Shown: positions 1-13,364 of the stretch, in pieces | Position numbering within the stretch: position 1 is the stretch's first letter | Layout: every line of letters starts with the position of its first letter | From: Mobula hypostoma | Lineage: Eukaryota | Assembly: GCF_963921235.1 (NCBI RefSeq) | Contig: NC_086108.1 | Coordinates: forward strand, 10,230,001 to 10,294,000 | Length of the DNA: 64,000 nucleotides | Direction of reading: 5' to 3' | Notes under the pieces: model-generated | What the model was told of the DNA's origin: nothing | Database searches by the model: none | What the model saw: the letters and a program-made list of their open reading frames with translations, nothing else | Position numbers and translations under genes: made by a program

Positions 1-267
1 TTCTGCTGAGACCAGTAATAATTTTAGACCTGCCAAAACGCGACTGAAACGAAATGTTCAACTGAGAAACCAATTAACCCTTTGATTTCTGGCACTGGTA
101 GGACCTGATTGGCAGGGTAAATGCTATTTATGCCTCTCTTCGTTTCTTTACACAATCTCTGTTTACCTGCCCTGGAGGTTGGGAGAGTGCTACCTTCTCG
201 AGCCGCTGCAGTTCACATGGTCGAAGTCCTCCCACGGTGCTGTTCAGGAGAGTGCCGGGGACGATGT

Positions 268-360
268 CGAGATAGTGTAGTGATTAGCGTAGCATTTCAC
301 AGCGCCAATGACCTGGGTTTAATTCCTGCCACTGTCTGTAAGGATCTTTTATATTCTCCA
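268..360 (+). mobile_element. Degraded tRNA-derived SINE head (V-SINE/HE1-like)
   Basis: tagtgtagtgattagc (A-box-like) and gggtttaattcc (B-box-like) followed by ctgtaagga; resembles the better copy at 19398. Confidence 0.5.
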
Positions 361-1056
361 CAGGGCAGTGTGTATTTAATATTGCAGTAATATTTGAATA
401 ATTTTCTATATATATTGCTTAATTAAGCATTCTTGTTCATTTAAATACTCACTGTTTGGGTTATATGTAAAAATACATGAATTGCATACATCATCAGAAT
501 AACATGTGACACATGTGCGCCTCGCTTAAAGCAAACTCGAAGTCAGTCCTGCATTTTGGACTCCACGTAAGAGAGAGTGGGATACGGAGGGGAGAGAGAG
601 ACGGGGAGTGGGATATGGAGGAAAGGGAGTGAGGGCCAGTGGGATATAGAGGAGAGGGAATGAAAGAGAGGTGGATATGGAGGAGAGAGAGTGTGGGAGA
701 GTGGGATTGGAGGAAAAGGTGTGAGCAAGATGTATTTGGAAGTGCCTCCTGTCTCTAGCTGCCTGAGAAGATTAACTGATCCACATTCCAGTGTAAAAGA
801 ATTAATTTACCAGGCTAATGTCAACAGTAACGTCAGTAAAAATGCAAGACATAAGATCTGCAAATATGATTTGTCCCTCTGCAATGCTGAGAAGATGATT
901 TGAAATTTATCTGACCTCTCGCGGGCAGCCCTCTATGGGAAAGAATGATTCTATTTGTAGAAGACAGCTGAGCGAGAGTTTACTGTTTTGCTCAACATAC
1001 TGTACCTATAGAGAGGTAGTTTGGCAGAATTATCTGTCCTGTCTGACTCTTTCCAT

Positions 1057-1820
1057 GTGAATGGGTGAAGAAGTGGCAGATGGAATACAATGTTGGGGAG
1101 TGTATGGTAGAAGATATAAAAGCAAGACTAGTTTCTAAGTGGTGAGAAAATTCAAAAGTCTGAGGTACAAAGCCCCAGGAGTCCTTGTGCAGGATTCCTT
1201 AAAAGTCAATACGCAGGTTGAGACTTTGGTGGGGAAGGCAAATGCAATGTTAGCATTCATTTCGAGAGGACTAGAATATAAAAGCAAAGATGAGGCTTTA
1301 TAAAGAACTGGTGAGGCCTCACTTGGAATATGAGATCAGTTTTGGACCACTTATCTATGATACTGGAGTGGGCTCAAAAGGGGTTGATGTAAATGATTTG
1401 TAGATTGAGAGGCTTCTGATACGAGGAGCATTTGATGGCTCTGGGCCTGTACTAAAAGGAATTCAGAAGAATGAGCGGTGACTTCATTGAAAGGCCTCAA
1501 CAGAGTGTTTGTGGAGAGGATGTATCCTGTGGTGGGGGAGTGTAAGACCAGAGGACACAGCCTCAAAATACAGTTACGTCCTTTTAGAAGAGAAATGTGA
1601 AGGAATTTCTTCAACCAGAGAGTGGTCTGAGGAATTCAAGCTGTGGAGACCAAGTCACTGGGTGTATTTAAGGTGTTCTTGATTAGTCAGGGCATGAAGG
1701 GATACGGGGAGAACGCAGGAGATTGGGGCTGAGAGGGAAATGGATCAGCCATGATGGAATGTCGGAGCAGACTCGATGGGCCAAATGGCCTAATTCTGCT
1801 CCTATATCATATGGTCTTAT
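1057..1820 (+). mobile_element. Old degraded CR1 LINE 3' fragment (RT C-terminus and 3' UTR)
   Basis: Remnants such as aagtggcagatggaatacaat (KWQMEYN) and ctggtgaggcctcacttggaata (LVRPHLEY); 3' end cctaattctgctcctatatcatatggtcttat; many indels. Confidence 0.85.
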
Positions 1821-1889
1821 GAATTTTTGCATGATGCACGGGGTCTGTGAGAGACCAAGAGTGAAGTGACCATTGAACGGACACAGTGA

Positions 1890-2357
1890 GCTGGAAGTCA
1901 CCAGATTGAAAAACAGTTCCTTTCTGTAAGCAGTAAATCTGATCACCTCCACCCATTAACTCATCACTCCACACCCCCAACCACCACTACTTTATCACTT
2001 CCTATCAGAGTCACTTTATGGACATACATTCAATCTATATATATAGACCTTAAGATATAGCAGCCAAAATGGACCATTTAGCCCATCGAGTATGCTTCAT
2101 AGTTCCATGTCCCTCTCAGTCTCCCGTCTTCCCCCATATCCCTTCATGCTCTGACGAACCAAGAATCTATCAACCAAGCTAACTGGAGTATTTATATTTA
2201 TTGTGTGTTTTTTTTATTATTATTGTGCTTTTTTTACTATGATTATTTATCTAAATTGTTTTTTGAGCTGCATCAGACACAGAGAAACAATTATTTTGTT
2301 CTCCTTTACACCTGCGAACTGCAAATTACATCAAAAAATCTTCAATTTTGAATCTTG
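1890..2357 (+). mobile_element. Rex1/Babar-type LINE 3' remnant containing an antisense CR1 tail (~2045-2175)
   Basis: TRLKNSF-like coding end, AT-rich 3' UTR and tcttgaa-like tail; internal segment matches the reverse complement of the CR1 3' UTR. Confidence 0.55.
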
Positions 2358-2741
2358 ATGGCAAGTTTGGTGACCAGGCCAATTGATCAATGCTGGTTCA
2401 GCAACATTCTCATGTGTGGCAGATAGTCTGGTGAAATAATCAGATTATTGAATGTCAGAAGCAATATAAAGATTTAGACTTGTGCACTAAATTTTCTCTG
2501 GCATGGATTCTGTGTGGAAATCAAGTCACCAATTCACCAGAAAAGGAATACAATCCCCAGACTGGCTTCTTGCCACAAAACCATCTTCATTCAGCTCAAG
2601 GCAAAAATTTAAGGAAAGGGTGATTTGAATATCCATCATATCTCTCACACACACAGTGATTACACTTTGTGAAGTGAACAAAGGCTGCAGAGAATTAAGA
2701 GGAATTTCCTTGTGCAAAATGGGCAAATGCATTTCTGCACA

Positions 2742-3764
2742 GTACTCTGTTTATCTCCACACTGCACATGTTCCACTGTGAGAAACCCCACACTAAACAC
2801 GATCCACTGTGCTTATCCCCAAACTACACACGTTACACTGTGAGAAACCCCACACTACACACGAACAACTGTGTTTATCCCCACACGACACACAATCCAC
2901 TGTGTTTATCCCCACACTACACACAATCCAATGTGAGAAACCCCACACTACACATGTTCCACTGTGAGAAACCCCAAACTACACACATTCCACTGTGTTT
3001 ATCCCCACAGTACACACGTTCCACTGTGAGAAACCCCACACTACACACATTCCACTGTGTTTATCCCCACAGTACACACGTTCCACTGTGAGAAACCCCA
3101 CACTAGACACATTCCACATGTTTATCCCCACACTACACACGTTCTATTATGAGAAACGCCACACAACACACAATCAACTGTGTTTATCCCCACACTACAC
3201 ACGTTCTGCTGTGTTTATCCCCACACTACACAGGTTCCACTGTGTTTATCCCCACACTACACACGTTCCACTGTGAGAAACCCCACACTACACACGTTCC
3301 ACTGTGTTTATCCCCACACTACACACGTTCCACTGTGAGAAACCCCACACTACACACGTTCCACTGTGTTTATCCCCACACTACACACGTTCCACTGTGT
3401 TTATCCCCACACTACATACATTCCACTGTGTTTATCCCCACACTACACACGTTCCACTGTGTTTATCCCCACATTACATACGTTCCACTGTGAGAAACCC
3501 CACACTACACACGTTCCACTGTGTTTATTCCCACACTACACACGTTCCACTGTGTTTATCCCCACACTACACACATTCCACTGTGTTTATCCCCACACTA
3601 CACACGTTCCACTGTGAGAAACCCCACACTACACACGTTCCACTGTGTTTATCCCCACACTACACATGATCCACTGTGTTTATCCCCACACTAGACAGGT
3701 TCCACCGTGTTTAAACCCACACTACACACGTTCCACTGTATTTATCCCCAAACTACACACATTC
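2742..3764. repeat. 31-bp tandem satellite, left block (TTCCACTGTGTTTATCCCCACACTACACACG; variant core AGAAA replaces TTTAT)
   Basis: Direct 31-bp periodicity, e.g. units starting at 3421 and 3452. Confidence 0.97.
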
Positions 3765-6222
3765 ATAGTACATAGAACATAGAATAGTACAGCACAGTAC
3801 AGGCCCTTCGGCCCACAATGTTGTGCCGACCCTCAAACCCTGCCTCCCATATAAGCCCCCACCTTAGATTCCTCCATATACCTGTCTAGTAGTCTCTTAA
3901 ATTTCACTAGTGTATCTGCCTCCACCACTGACTCAGGCAGTGCATTCCACGCACCAACCACTCTCTGAGTAAAAAACCTTCCTCTAATATCCCCTTTGAA
4001 CTTTCCACCCCTTACCTTAAAGCCATGTCCTCTTGTATTGAGCAGTGGTGCCCTGGGGAAGAGGCGCTGGCTGTCCACTCTATCTATTCCTCTTATTATC
4101 TTGTACACCTCTATCATATCTCCTCTCATCCTCCTTCTCTCCAAAGAGAAAAGCCCGAACTCCCTTAATCTCTGATCATAATCCATACTCTCTAAACCAG
4201 GCAGCATCCTGGTAAATCTCCTTTGTACCCTTTCCAATGTTTCCACATCCTTCCTATAGTGAGGCGACCAGAACCGGACACAGTACTCCAAGTGTGGCCT
4301 GACCAGAGTTTTATAGAGCTGCATCATTACATCGTGACTGTTAAACTCTATCCCTCGACTTATGAAAGCTAACACCCCATAAGCTTTCTTAACTACCCTA
4401 TCTACCTGTGAGGCAACTTTCAGAGATCTGTGGACATGTACCCCAAGATCCCTCTGCTCCTCCACACTACCAAGTATCCTACCATTTACCTTGTACTCTG
4501 CCTTGGAGTTTGTCCTTCCAAGGTGTGCCACCTCACACTTCTCGGTGTTGTACTCCATCTGCCACTTCTCAGCTCACTTCTGCATCCTATCAATGTCTCT
4601 CTGCAATCTTCGACAATCCTCTACACTATCTACAACACCACCAACCTTTGTGTCGTCTGCAAATTTGCCAACCCCCACTTCTACTCCCACATCCAGGTTG
4701 CTAATAAAAATCCCAAAAAGTAGAGATCCCTGAACCGGTCCTTGTGGGACACCACTAGTCACAACCCTCCAATCTGAATGTACTCCCTCCACTACGACCC
4801 TCTGCCTTCTGCAGGGAAGCCGATTCTGAATCCACTTGGCCAAACTTCCCTGGATCCCATGTCTTCTGACTTTCTGAATAAGCCTACCGTGTGGAACCTT
4901 GTCAAATGCCTTACTTAAATCCATGTAGATCACATCCACTGTACTACCCTCATCTATATGCCTGGTCACCTCCTCAAAGAACTCTATCAGGTTTGTTAGA
5001 CATGATCTGCCCTTCACAAAGCCATGCTGACTGTCCCTGATCAGACCATGATTCTCTAAATGCCCATAGATCCTATCTCTAAGAATCTTTTCCAACAGCC
5101 TTCCCACCACAGGCGTAAGTCTCACTGGTCTATAATTAGCTGGACTATCTCTACTAACTTTTATGAACAAGGGGACAAATTTCGTCTCCCTCCAACCCTC
5201 CGGTACCATTCCCGTGGACAACGAGGACATAAATATCCTAGCCAAAGGGTTAGCAATCTCTTCACTCGCATCATGGAGCAGCCTGGGGACTTATCCGTCC
5301 TAATGTACTTTAACAACTCCAACATCTCCTCTCCCTTAATATCAACATGCTCCAGAACATCAACCTCACTCATATTGTCCTCACCATCCCCAAGTTTCCT
5401 CTCATTGGTGAATACCGAAGAGAAGTATTTATTGAGGACCTCGCTCACTTCCACAGCCTCCAAGCACATCTTCCCACCCTTATCTCTCATCGGTCCTACC
5501 TTCACTCCTGTCATCCTTCTGTTCTTCACATAATTGAAGAATGCCTTGGGGTTTTCCTTTACCCTACTTGCCAAGGCCTTCTCATGCCCCCTTCTTGCTC
5601 TTCTCAGCCCCTTCTTAAGCTCCTTTCTTGCTTCCCTATATTCCTCAATAGACCCATCTGATCCCTGCTTCCTAAACCTCATGTATGCTGCCTTCTTCCA
5701 CCTGACTAGATTTTCCACCTCACTTGTCACCCATGGTTCCTTCACCCTACCATTCTTTATCTTCCTCACCGGGACAAATTTATCCCTAACATCCTGCAAG
5801 AGATCTCTAAACATCGACCACATGTCCATAGTACATTTCCCTGCAAAAACATCATCCCAATTCACACCCACAAATTCTAGCCTTATAGGCTCATAATTTG
5901 CCTTTCCCCAATTAAAAATTTTCCTGTCCTCTCTGAATTGATCCTTTTCCATGATAATGCTAAAGGCCAGGGAGCAGTGGTCACTGTCCCCCAGATGCTC
6001 ACCCACTGAGAGATCTGTGACCTGACCCGGTTCATTACCTAGTACTAGATCTAGTATGGCATTCCCCCTAGTCAGCCTGTCCACATACTGTGACAGGAAT
6101 CAGCTCTGGACACACTTAACAAACTCTGCCCCATCTAAACCCTTGGAACTAATGAGGTACCAATCAATATTAGGGAAGTTAAAGTCACCCATGATAACAA
6201 CCCTGTAATTTTTGCAACTTTC
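3765..6222 (-). mobile_element. 5'-truncated CR1 LINE (end of APE endonuclease plus RT) inserted in the 31-bp satellite; inactive
   Basis: ORFs 5161-6084 (LDLVL...SDH), 4574-5245 (NYRPV, QHGF, SGVPQG, KFADDTK) and 3833-4558 (LVRPHLEYC, TRGH); small deletion near 5285 and stop at 4574; (ATGTTCT)n-like tail at 3765-3785. Confidence 0.97.
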
Positions 6223-6818
6223 CACGTGTTTAAACCCAGACTACTCACGTTCCACTGTATTTATCCCCACACTACACACGTTCCACTGTGTTTATTCCCA
6301 CACTACACACATTCCGCTGTGTTTATTCCCACACTACACACGTTCCACTGTGTTTATCCCCACACTACACACGATGCGCTGTGTTTATTCCCACACTACA
6401 CACGTTCCGCTGTGTTTATCCCCACACTACACACGATGCGCTGTGTTTATTCCCACACTACACACATTCCGCTGTGTTTATTCCCACACTACACACGTTC
6501 CACTGTGTTTATCCCCACACTACACACGTTCCGCTGTGTTTATCCCCACACTACACACGATCCGCTGTGTTTATCCCCACACTACACATGTTCTGCTGTG
6601 TTTATCCCCACACTACACACGTTCCGCTTTGTTTATCCCCACACTACACACGTTCCACTGTGTTTATCCCCACACTACACATGTTCCACTGTGTTTATCC
6701 CCACACTACACACGTTCCACTGTGTTTATCCCCACACTACACATGTTCCACTGTGTTTATCCCCACACTACACACGTTCCACTGGGTTTATCCCCACATT
6801 AGAGATGTTCCACTGTGT
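6219..6818. repeat. 31-bp tandem satellite, right block
   Basis: Same unit as 2742-3764; TTTAT core, with CCGCTG and GATGCGCTG variants. Confidence 0.97.
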
Positions 6819-7761
6819 TAATGTGATGTTAAGTTTATTTTCAAAATCTGTATGCTAGCTTGAGGTCTTTTTGTTGCAGATATTTTTGGAAAAACAGAAA
6901 TAAAGTTGTATAATGGAATACATGAAAAACTACAAGGAAGGAAAGGGATATTGCCATTTTTGAACAGATTGCAAATCATCTGTATAGAATTATTACATAA
7001 ATAATACTGAGCTTTAGAGTTTTTGAAAGTGAGTTTATGGTTTGTGGAATTAGTTGAGATTTGAGCTAGCTGAAGTTCTCCACACTGGCTCGTGTGCCTG
7101 CTGGTTGATGTGTAAGAACTGTTCCTAAACCGTGTTACGTGGGACCTCAGACTCCTGTATCCCATCCTGATGACGTCACTGTTTTGGTTGGCCATATCAG
7201 ATCCCATGTGCAGAGGAAAGTCAGGCTCTTGTGTGGAGATGGCAATGAAAGTTTATTGTGTTTACAAGGTTCATTTAATATCAAAGAATGTGTATAGTAT
7301 CTATCCAGAAATTCATACTTCTCACAGACTTGCATGAAACTCCATAGAATGATTGATAGGAACTTTATAATTTGTAATCATTCCAAAAGACTATCAGTGT
7401 CTCGATCAAGCGACACCACGAGAAGTAACCGAGAACTCTGTGATTAGCGCTAATCAGGCATTCGGTTAAATAATCCAAGGAAAATGGAATCCCTGAACTA
7501 ATCAAAATAAACTGAACAACCTTAAATGCAAGGCAGCAGGAGACCACATTATGAAGAGCGAGTTGCTGGAGGACATCGCAAGGAAGTCTAAATGATTAAC
7601 AACTATCATTAAAGAACAATTAACCAATTTTAGGTGCTCTAAAAACCTCGGATCCCAATGCTGTCTGGTGCCCTGCACAGTTCCGAAGAGCTCATTGCAG
7701 ATGAGGAGCACGAAGAGTGCATGGCCTGGATGTTGGAGTGGGGGTGGTACAAGACTCTACA

Positions 7762-9171
7762 AGATTATAGGCCGGTTAGCCTAACGTCGGTGGTGGGGAA
7801 ACTGCTGGAGTCAGTTATCAAGGATGTGATAACAGCACATTTGGAAAGCGGTGAAATGATCGGACAAAGTCAGCATGGATTTGTGAAAGGAAAATCATGT
7901 CTGACGAATCTCATAGAATTTTTTGAGGATGTAACTAGTAGAGTGGATAGGGGAGAACCAGTGGATGTGGTATATTTGGATTTTCAAAAGGCTTTTGACA
8001 AGGTCCCACACAGGAGATTAGTGTGCAAACTTAAAGCACACGGTATTGGGGGTAAGGTATTGGTGTGGGTGGAGAATTGGTTAGCAGACAGGAAGCAAAG
8101 AGTGGGAATAAACGGGACCTTTTCAGAATGGCAGGCGGTAACTAGTGGGGTACCGCAAGGCTCAGTGCTGGGACCCCAGTTGTTTACAATATATATTAAT
8201 GACTTGGATGAGGGAATTAAATGCAGCATCTCCAAGTTTGCGGATGACACGAAGCTGGGTGGCAGTGTTAGCAGTGAGGAGGATGCTAAGAGGATGCAGG
8301 GTGACTTGGATAGGTTGGGTGAGTGGGCAAACTCATGGCAGATGCAATTTAATGTGGATAAATGTGAAGTTATCCACTTTGGTGGCAAAAATAGGAAAAC
8401 AGATTATTATCTGAATGGTGGCCGATTAGGAAAAGGGGAGGTGCAACGAGACCTGGGTGTCATTATACACCAGTCATTGAAAGTGGGCATGCAGGTACAG
8501 CAGGCGGTGAAAAAGGCGAATGGTATGCTGGCATTTATAGCGAGAGGATTCGAGTACAGGAGCAGGGAGGTACTACTGCAGTTGTACAAGGCCTTGGTGA
8601 GACCACACCTGGAGTATTGTGTGCAGTTTTGGTCCCCTAATCTGAGGAAAGACATCTTTGCCATACAGGGAGTACAAAGAAGGTTCACCAGATTGATTCC
8701 TGGGATGGCAGGTCTTTCATATGAAGAAAGACTGGATGAACTGGGCTTGTACTCGTTGGAATTTAGAAGATTGAGGGGGGATCTGATTGAAACGTATAAG
8801 ATCCTAAAGGGATTGGACAGGCTAGATGCGGGAAGATTGTTCCCGATGTTGGGGAGGTCCAGAACGAGGGGTCACAGTTTGAGGATAGAGGGGAAGCCTT
8901 TTAGGACTGAGATTAGGAAAAACTTCTTCACACAGGAGTGGTGAATCTGTGGAATTCTCTGCCACAGCAAACTGTTGAGGCCAGTTCATTGGCTATGTTT
9001 AAGAGGGAGTTAGATATGGCCCTTGTGGCTACAGGGGTCAGGGGGTATGGAGGGAAGGCTGGGGCGGGGTTCTGAGTTGGATGATCAGCCATGATCATAA
9101 TAAATGGCGGTGCAGGCTCGAAGGGCCGAATGGCCTACTCCTGCACCTATTTTCTATGTTTCTATGTTTCT
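7762..9171 (+). mobile_element. Young 5'-truncated CR1 LINE (RT domain to tail)
   Basis: Open frame YRPVSLTS...DFQKAFDKVPH...SGVPQGSVLGP...KFADDTK to ~8935, where it frameshifts; tail (GTTTCTAT)n at 9150-9171. Confidence 0.97.
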
Positions 9172-9710
9172 AAAATATAGAATCAGAATTAGGGCATTTG
9201 GCCCATCAGGTCTTCTCCACCATTTCATCATGGCTGATCCATTTTCCTCTCAGCCCCAGTCTCCTGACTTCACCCTGTATCCCTTCATGCCTTGACTAAT
9301 CAAGAATCAATCAACCTCTGTCGTAAATATACCGAAAGACTTGGCCTCCTTAGCAGTCTATGGTGAAGAATCCCACAGATTCAATACCCTTGATCTCTGT
9401 TCTAAAAGGATGCCCCTCGATTCTGAGCTGTGTCGTCTGGTTTTAGATTCTCTCACCGTAGGAATCATCCTCTCCACTTCCACCCTATTGAGGTCTTTCA
9501 ACATTTGATAGGTTTCAATGAGGTCACCCCTCATTTCTCTGAATTCCGGTGAGTACAGTCCTGGATCCATCAAACACTCCTCCTGTGACAAGCCTTTCAA
9601 TCCCGGAATTATTTTCATGAACCTCCTTTGAACCCTCTCCAACGTCAGCATATGCGTTCTCAGATAAGGGTCCAAAACTGCTCACAATAATCCAAGTGAG
9701 ACCTCACCAG
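9172..9710 (-). mobile_element. Older antisense CR1 3' fragment, host of the 7762-9171 insertion
   Basis: ORF 9358-9675 LERVQRRF...MRGDLIETY; its tail is split between ~7750 and 9172. Confidence 0.85.
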
Positions 9711-10278
9711 ATAATGGGGACCCCCTTCTTGTGGCAGCGCATCATGTAGGTGTAGATATGCCCCGAGGTGTTACAAAGTCAATGGTTCTTGATATCCATG
9801 ATGACAGTGTCAAAATCCAAGCTTCATAAATAGAACTCAACAGCCAATCTGCGGCAGTGTACAATTTGAACACTGCATAGCCTCTTTTTGAAGATGCCTT
9901 TTTAAATTATTGTGGTTGAAAAGGGCGTTCAGAAGATGAAAAGATTCACTGGGGAGAGAGAGCAGAGTTAATGGCAGTATCCTGGAGGAGAAGGCCAACA
10001 TTCGCTTATCGTCCTCCACTCTGCCTGCCAGCGTTATAAATATTTCAAAGAAAACACCTTAGGAGCTGAGATTGAAAGGAGTAGACGGGTTTCACTTCTG
10101 TGATGTGTGCTAGAGCTGTAGCTTTCAATTTAAATCGTGCATTTCGGGGACTTGAGACGAAAATAATTTGCCAGTGAAGATGGTGTTGACTCTCTACCAT
10201 TGGCGCTGCTCTCACCTCATTTCCTTCATCTCGCGGATGTTCGCGCTCACTCCATCTTCCCGTCTCCTTAACAGGATA

Positions 10279-10354
10279 TACAGTAATTTGCAAAAGTGTT
10301 AGACACACACTGTGCATATAACTGGCATGACTCAGACTTTTGCACACGACTGCA
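10279..10354. mobile_element. Tiny Tc1/mariner-like MITE (a second one lies at ~10762-10833)
   Basis: Imperfect inverted ends cagta..tgcaaaagt / acttttgca..actg; TA at the left end. Confidence 0.5.
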
Positions 10355-10839
10355 TTTGTCAACGTGGAACGGAGAGTGAGTTTATAAATCTGGCGGGAGC
10401 AAAGGATGTTGGGAATGGTGAGGGTGGAGCGCTGCGGTAGAAGTGTGGGGCAGGTGGTAGAGAAGGAGTGTGCCAGGGCAGGTACAGACACACCCAGCCC
10501 CGAGACACCAGGCAAGGTCATTTAATTCCAAACAATTATTTGGAATCTCTAATCGATCATTACAGAATGTCTCTCTGGTGCTTACTTTTCCCTTCCCACT
10601 CCCTTCCCCTTTTCCCAACCATGATTCCCCCCTTCTGGCCCTCTCTTCCACTCTCAGTTCACGATAGAGACCCATACCAGAACCAGGTTAATCATCACTC
10701 GCACAAGTCGTGAAATTAGTTTTTCTTTTGTGGCCTCAGTACTGTGCAATATTTAAAATTACTGAAGTATTGTGCAAAGAACTTAGGTGCCCTAGCTATA
10801 TATATGTGCCTAAGAGTTTTGCACTGTGCTGTATATAAC

Positions 10840-11145
10840 AGGGCCATTGTTCTCACCAGCCATCCCCTGAGCTTCCACATCCAGTGTATGATTCTTCATA
10901 AGATCCGCCATCTTCAATGGGACACTACCACTAAACACATCTTTATCTTACTCTCCCTCCAACTCTCCGATTTCCACAGGGATTGCTCCCTCTGTGATTC
11001 ACTTGTCCTTCCTTCCTCCCGCACTAATCTCCCTGCTGGCACTCATCCCTGCAAGTGGAAGAAGTGCTACACCTGCCCACACACGTCCTCCCTCACTTCT
11101 ATTCACGGCCATAAACAGGCCTTCCAGGTGAGGCAACACTTCACC
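10840..11145 (+). mobile_element. Penelope-like element fragment (linker upstream of the GIY-YIG endonuclease); appears to resume at ~12240-12280
   Basis: ORF 10744-11265 contains VLTSHP..HLQWDTTTKHIF..FHRDCSLCDSLV..PCKWKKCYTCP..FQVRQHFTC, the Cys-rich PLE linker. Confidence 0.85.
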
Positions 11146-12239
11146 TGTATGGAGGATTTTGGCCAACTGGGTCGGGCAAACACCATTGCAAGATTATTCA
11201 AGATTCAAGATTCAAGAAACTTTATTGTCATTCTAACCGTACATCAGCTCTGCGGGGCAGAATGAGACAGCATTTCCCAGGAGCAGTGCAATCATAACAT
11301 AACAAACGCAACACTAAATAATAAACATAACAACAAGTAGTAAAACACAACAGCCACATGTCAGTTAAAATCAAGTTATAAGTGTCCAGTGCAAGTTAAA
11401 AGTGTCCAAAGCAGAGTCAGATAGAGCAGCTATTTAGCAGTCTGACTCCCTGTGGGAGGAAGCTGTTTAGTAGCCTTGTGGTTTTAGTTTCGATGCTCCT
11501 GTAACGTTTGCCTGATGGCAGAAGAACAAACAGTTCATGGAGAGGGTGTGAGGGGTCTTTAATGATGTACCGTGTCTTCTGGAGGCATTGACTCCGAAAG
11601 AGGTCTTGGACAGAAGGTAGGGAGACCCCAATAACCTTCTCTGCTCCCCTAACCACCCTCTGCAAGGCTTTTTTGTCGACAGCACTGCAGCTGGAGTACC
11701 AGGTTGCGATGCAAAAGGTCAGCACACTCTCAACCACGCCTCTGTAGAATGTAGTTAAGATGTTAGTGGGGAGTGATGCTTGTTTAAGCTTCCTCAGAAA
11801 GTGCAATCTCTGCTGGTATAGAGTTGTCTGTACTGGTTAATGCCTAACTAAGTAGAGAATTGTGGTGCTGCCCTTTTGCCTACTGCTGTAAACATAAGGC
11901 TATGTGGTACTGCCCTCTAGCCTAATCTGTGCACCACAAGGTTACCTCTGGTGCTACCTTTTGGCCTACTGCTGTAAATACCAGACTATGTGGTATTCTG
12001 CCTTAATAATGTACACCACAAGGCTATGTGACTTAGGCATTTTTCCCTCTAGCTTGCTTAGAACAATACCAGATATGGAACTGTTGAACAATCTGTGCCT
12101 GTAAGAATCAACTGTAAAGAGGATGCGTGTACTGATGGTAAGCGGAGCTGTTGCTCTCCAAAGGGATGGCTTTGTCCGTGTCATGTAAATAAAGAGTCTC
12201 TTGGGTCTGAGTCTCGTGTGGAAGGGAAATTCCTTAACA
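11146..12239 (+). mobile_element. Probable solo LTR interrupting the Penelope fragment, itself interrupted by a Rex-type LINE
   Basis: TGT...AACA ends with an imperfect IR (tgtatgga / tccttaaca), AATAAA at 12188, internal ~86-bp duplication (11863/11949); TSD not clean. Confidence 0.5.
11197..11817 (-). mobile_element. Rex1/Babar-type LINE 3' fragment
   Basis: ORF 11417-11806 HFLRKLKQ..FYRGVVESVLTFCI..IIKDPSHP..LPSGKRYRS; (TCTTGAA)n tail at 11197-11217. Confidence 0.9.
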
Positions 12240-12382
12240 GCCTACAGTTGTGTTGGGGTCACCTGGTGCTCCTGGTGAGCTCTGATGCAGATTGCTGAGA
12301 TTTACAGCACCGACAGAATCTCTTGTCCATGAGTTTTGCTGTTCCCTGCCCAACAAGCCTGTCCCTCCGACTTACACCCATG

Positions 12383-12525
12383 TCGGTCTTAGGACTGTGG
12401 GAGGAAACCGGAGCACCCAGAGGAAACCCACGCGGTCACGGGGAGAACGTACAAACTCCTGACAGACAGCAGCGGGTTGAACCCGTGTTGCTGGTGCTGG
12501 ACTAGCGACCCTTTGACCACTATGC
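12383..12525 (-). mobile_element. V-SINE (HE1-like) fragment
   Basis: Reverse complement of the V-domain gggtttcctctgggtgctccggtttcctcccacagtcc. Confidence 0.85.
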
Positions 12526-12669
12526 TACTCGTTAGTTTTTACCTCAGGACCAGTTCTTATTTCATCCACAAATCCGTTGGCTCTTTTCATGCTTAGAAAT
12601 TTATCAAGGCTTAGTTTGAAAGAACGTGACAACTGAGCTTCCACAGCTGTCCAGGGTAGTGACACAAGG

Positions 12670-13090
12670 TTTAAGGTTCTAGGTGCATTTATTATCCAAG
12701 TAGGTATGCAGTACACAACTCTGAGATACATCTTCCCCACAGGCAGACGTGAAGCAGAGAAAACTGTGCGCAAAAAGACAAATCGCAAAATGGCAACAAG
12801 AACATCACCACCACTTGCGATAAATGAAATCATGCAGACGAAAACAAGAACATCAAATCACAAACACCACTCCTTGTACAAAAAACAAACAAATCGCGCA
12901 AACCTAACAAGAAAGAACGGGCAAAAACACAAAATATAAAACACAAAGCTGAAAGAGTCTAAATGAGTTACAGTCCAAGCCATAAATCGTAAACCCGGAA
13001 CTTTGGTATCATCCTCCAGCTGTATCGTGGGAGCCTTTCTTTGGGAGCAGTGAGCAAAAGACCGTCACATGCAGTCACCTTCCACCCGCT
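12670..13090 (-). mobile_element. LINE-type 3' UTR or non-autonomous element remnant
   Basis: Minus-strand AATAAA followed by a short-repeat tail; resembles other Rex-type 3' ends in the window. Confidence 0.5.
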
Positions 13091-13364
13091 GAGGGAAAAA
13101 GTGTCTCCCCATCCCAGTCTTAAGGGGCCAAGCTCTTATTGCCAAGCTGTGCTCCGTCGTCCTAGACTCTTCGCTCAGTCGACAATCCTGCTGACATGCT
13201 GTGTGCACAGCCCTATAAGAATTTTCTTCACATCTCCTTGCATTCTTAGAGAGAGCTCACTGGCATGGTGTCATGACAACAATCTTGCCCTCAATGTCAG
13301 CAAATCAAAAGGGCTGATGTTGACTTCAGGAAGGGGGAGGTAACTCATGCTTCTGTCTAATTAC

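Noticed and set aside
90..101. TGGCACTGGTAG, matching part of miR-183
   Set aside because: Only 12 nt match, the rest diverges, and I see no hairpin partner or miR-96/182 nearby.
2742..3764. CRISPR-like regular ~30-bp repeats (also 61212-64000)
   Set aside because: Units are contiguous with no unique spacers, no cas genes, and the context is eukaryotic.
2768..6858. His/Cys-rich ORFs (HTFHCEKPH...) resembling zinc-finger or metal-binding proteins
   Set aside because: They are translations of a 31-bp satellite; the unit is not a multiple of 3 and there is no C2H2 spacing.
7658..8944. 428-aa ORF as a host gene or domesticated RT
   Set aside because: It is chance upstream sequence fused to a 5'-truncated CR1 with a normal tail and a terminal frameshift.
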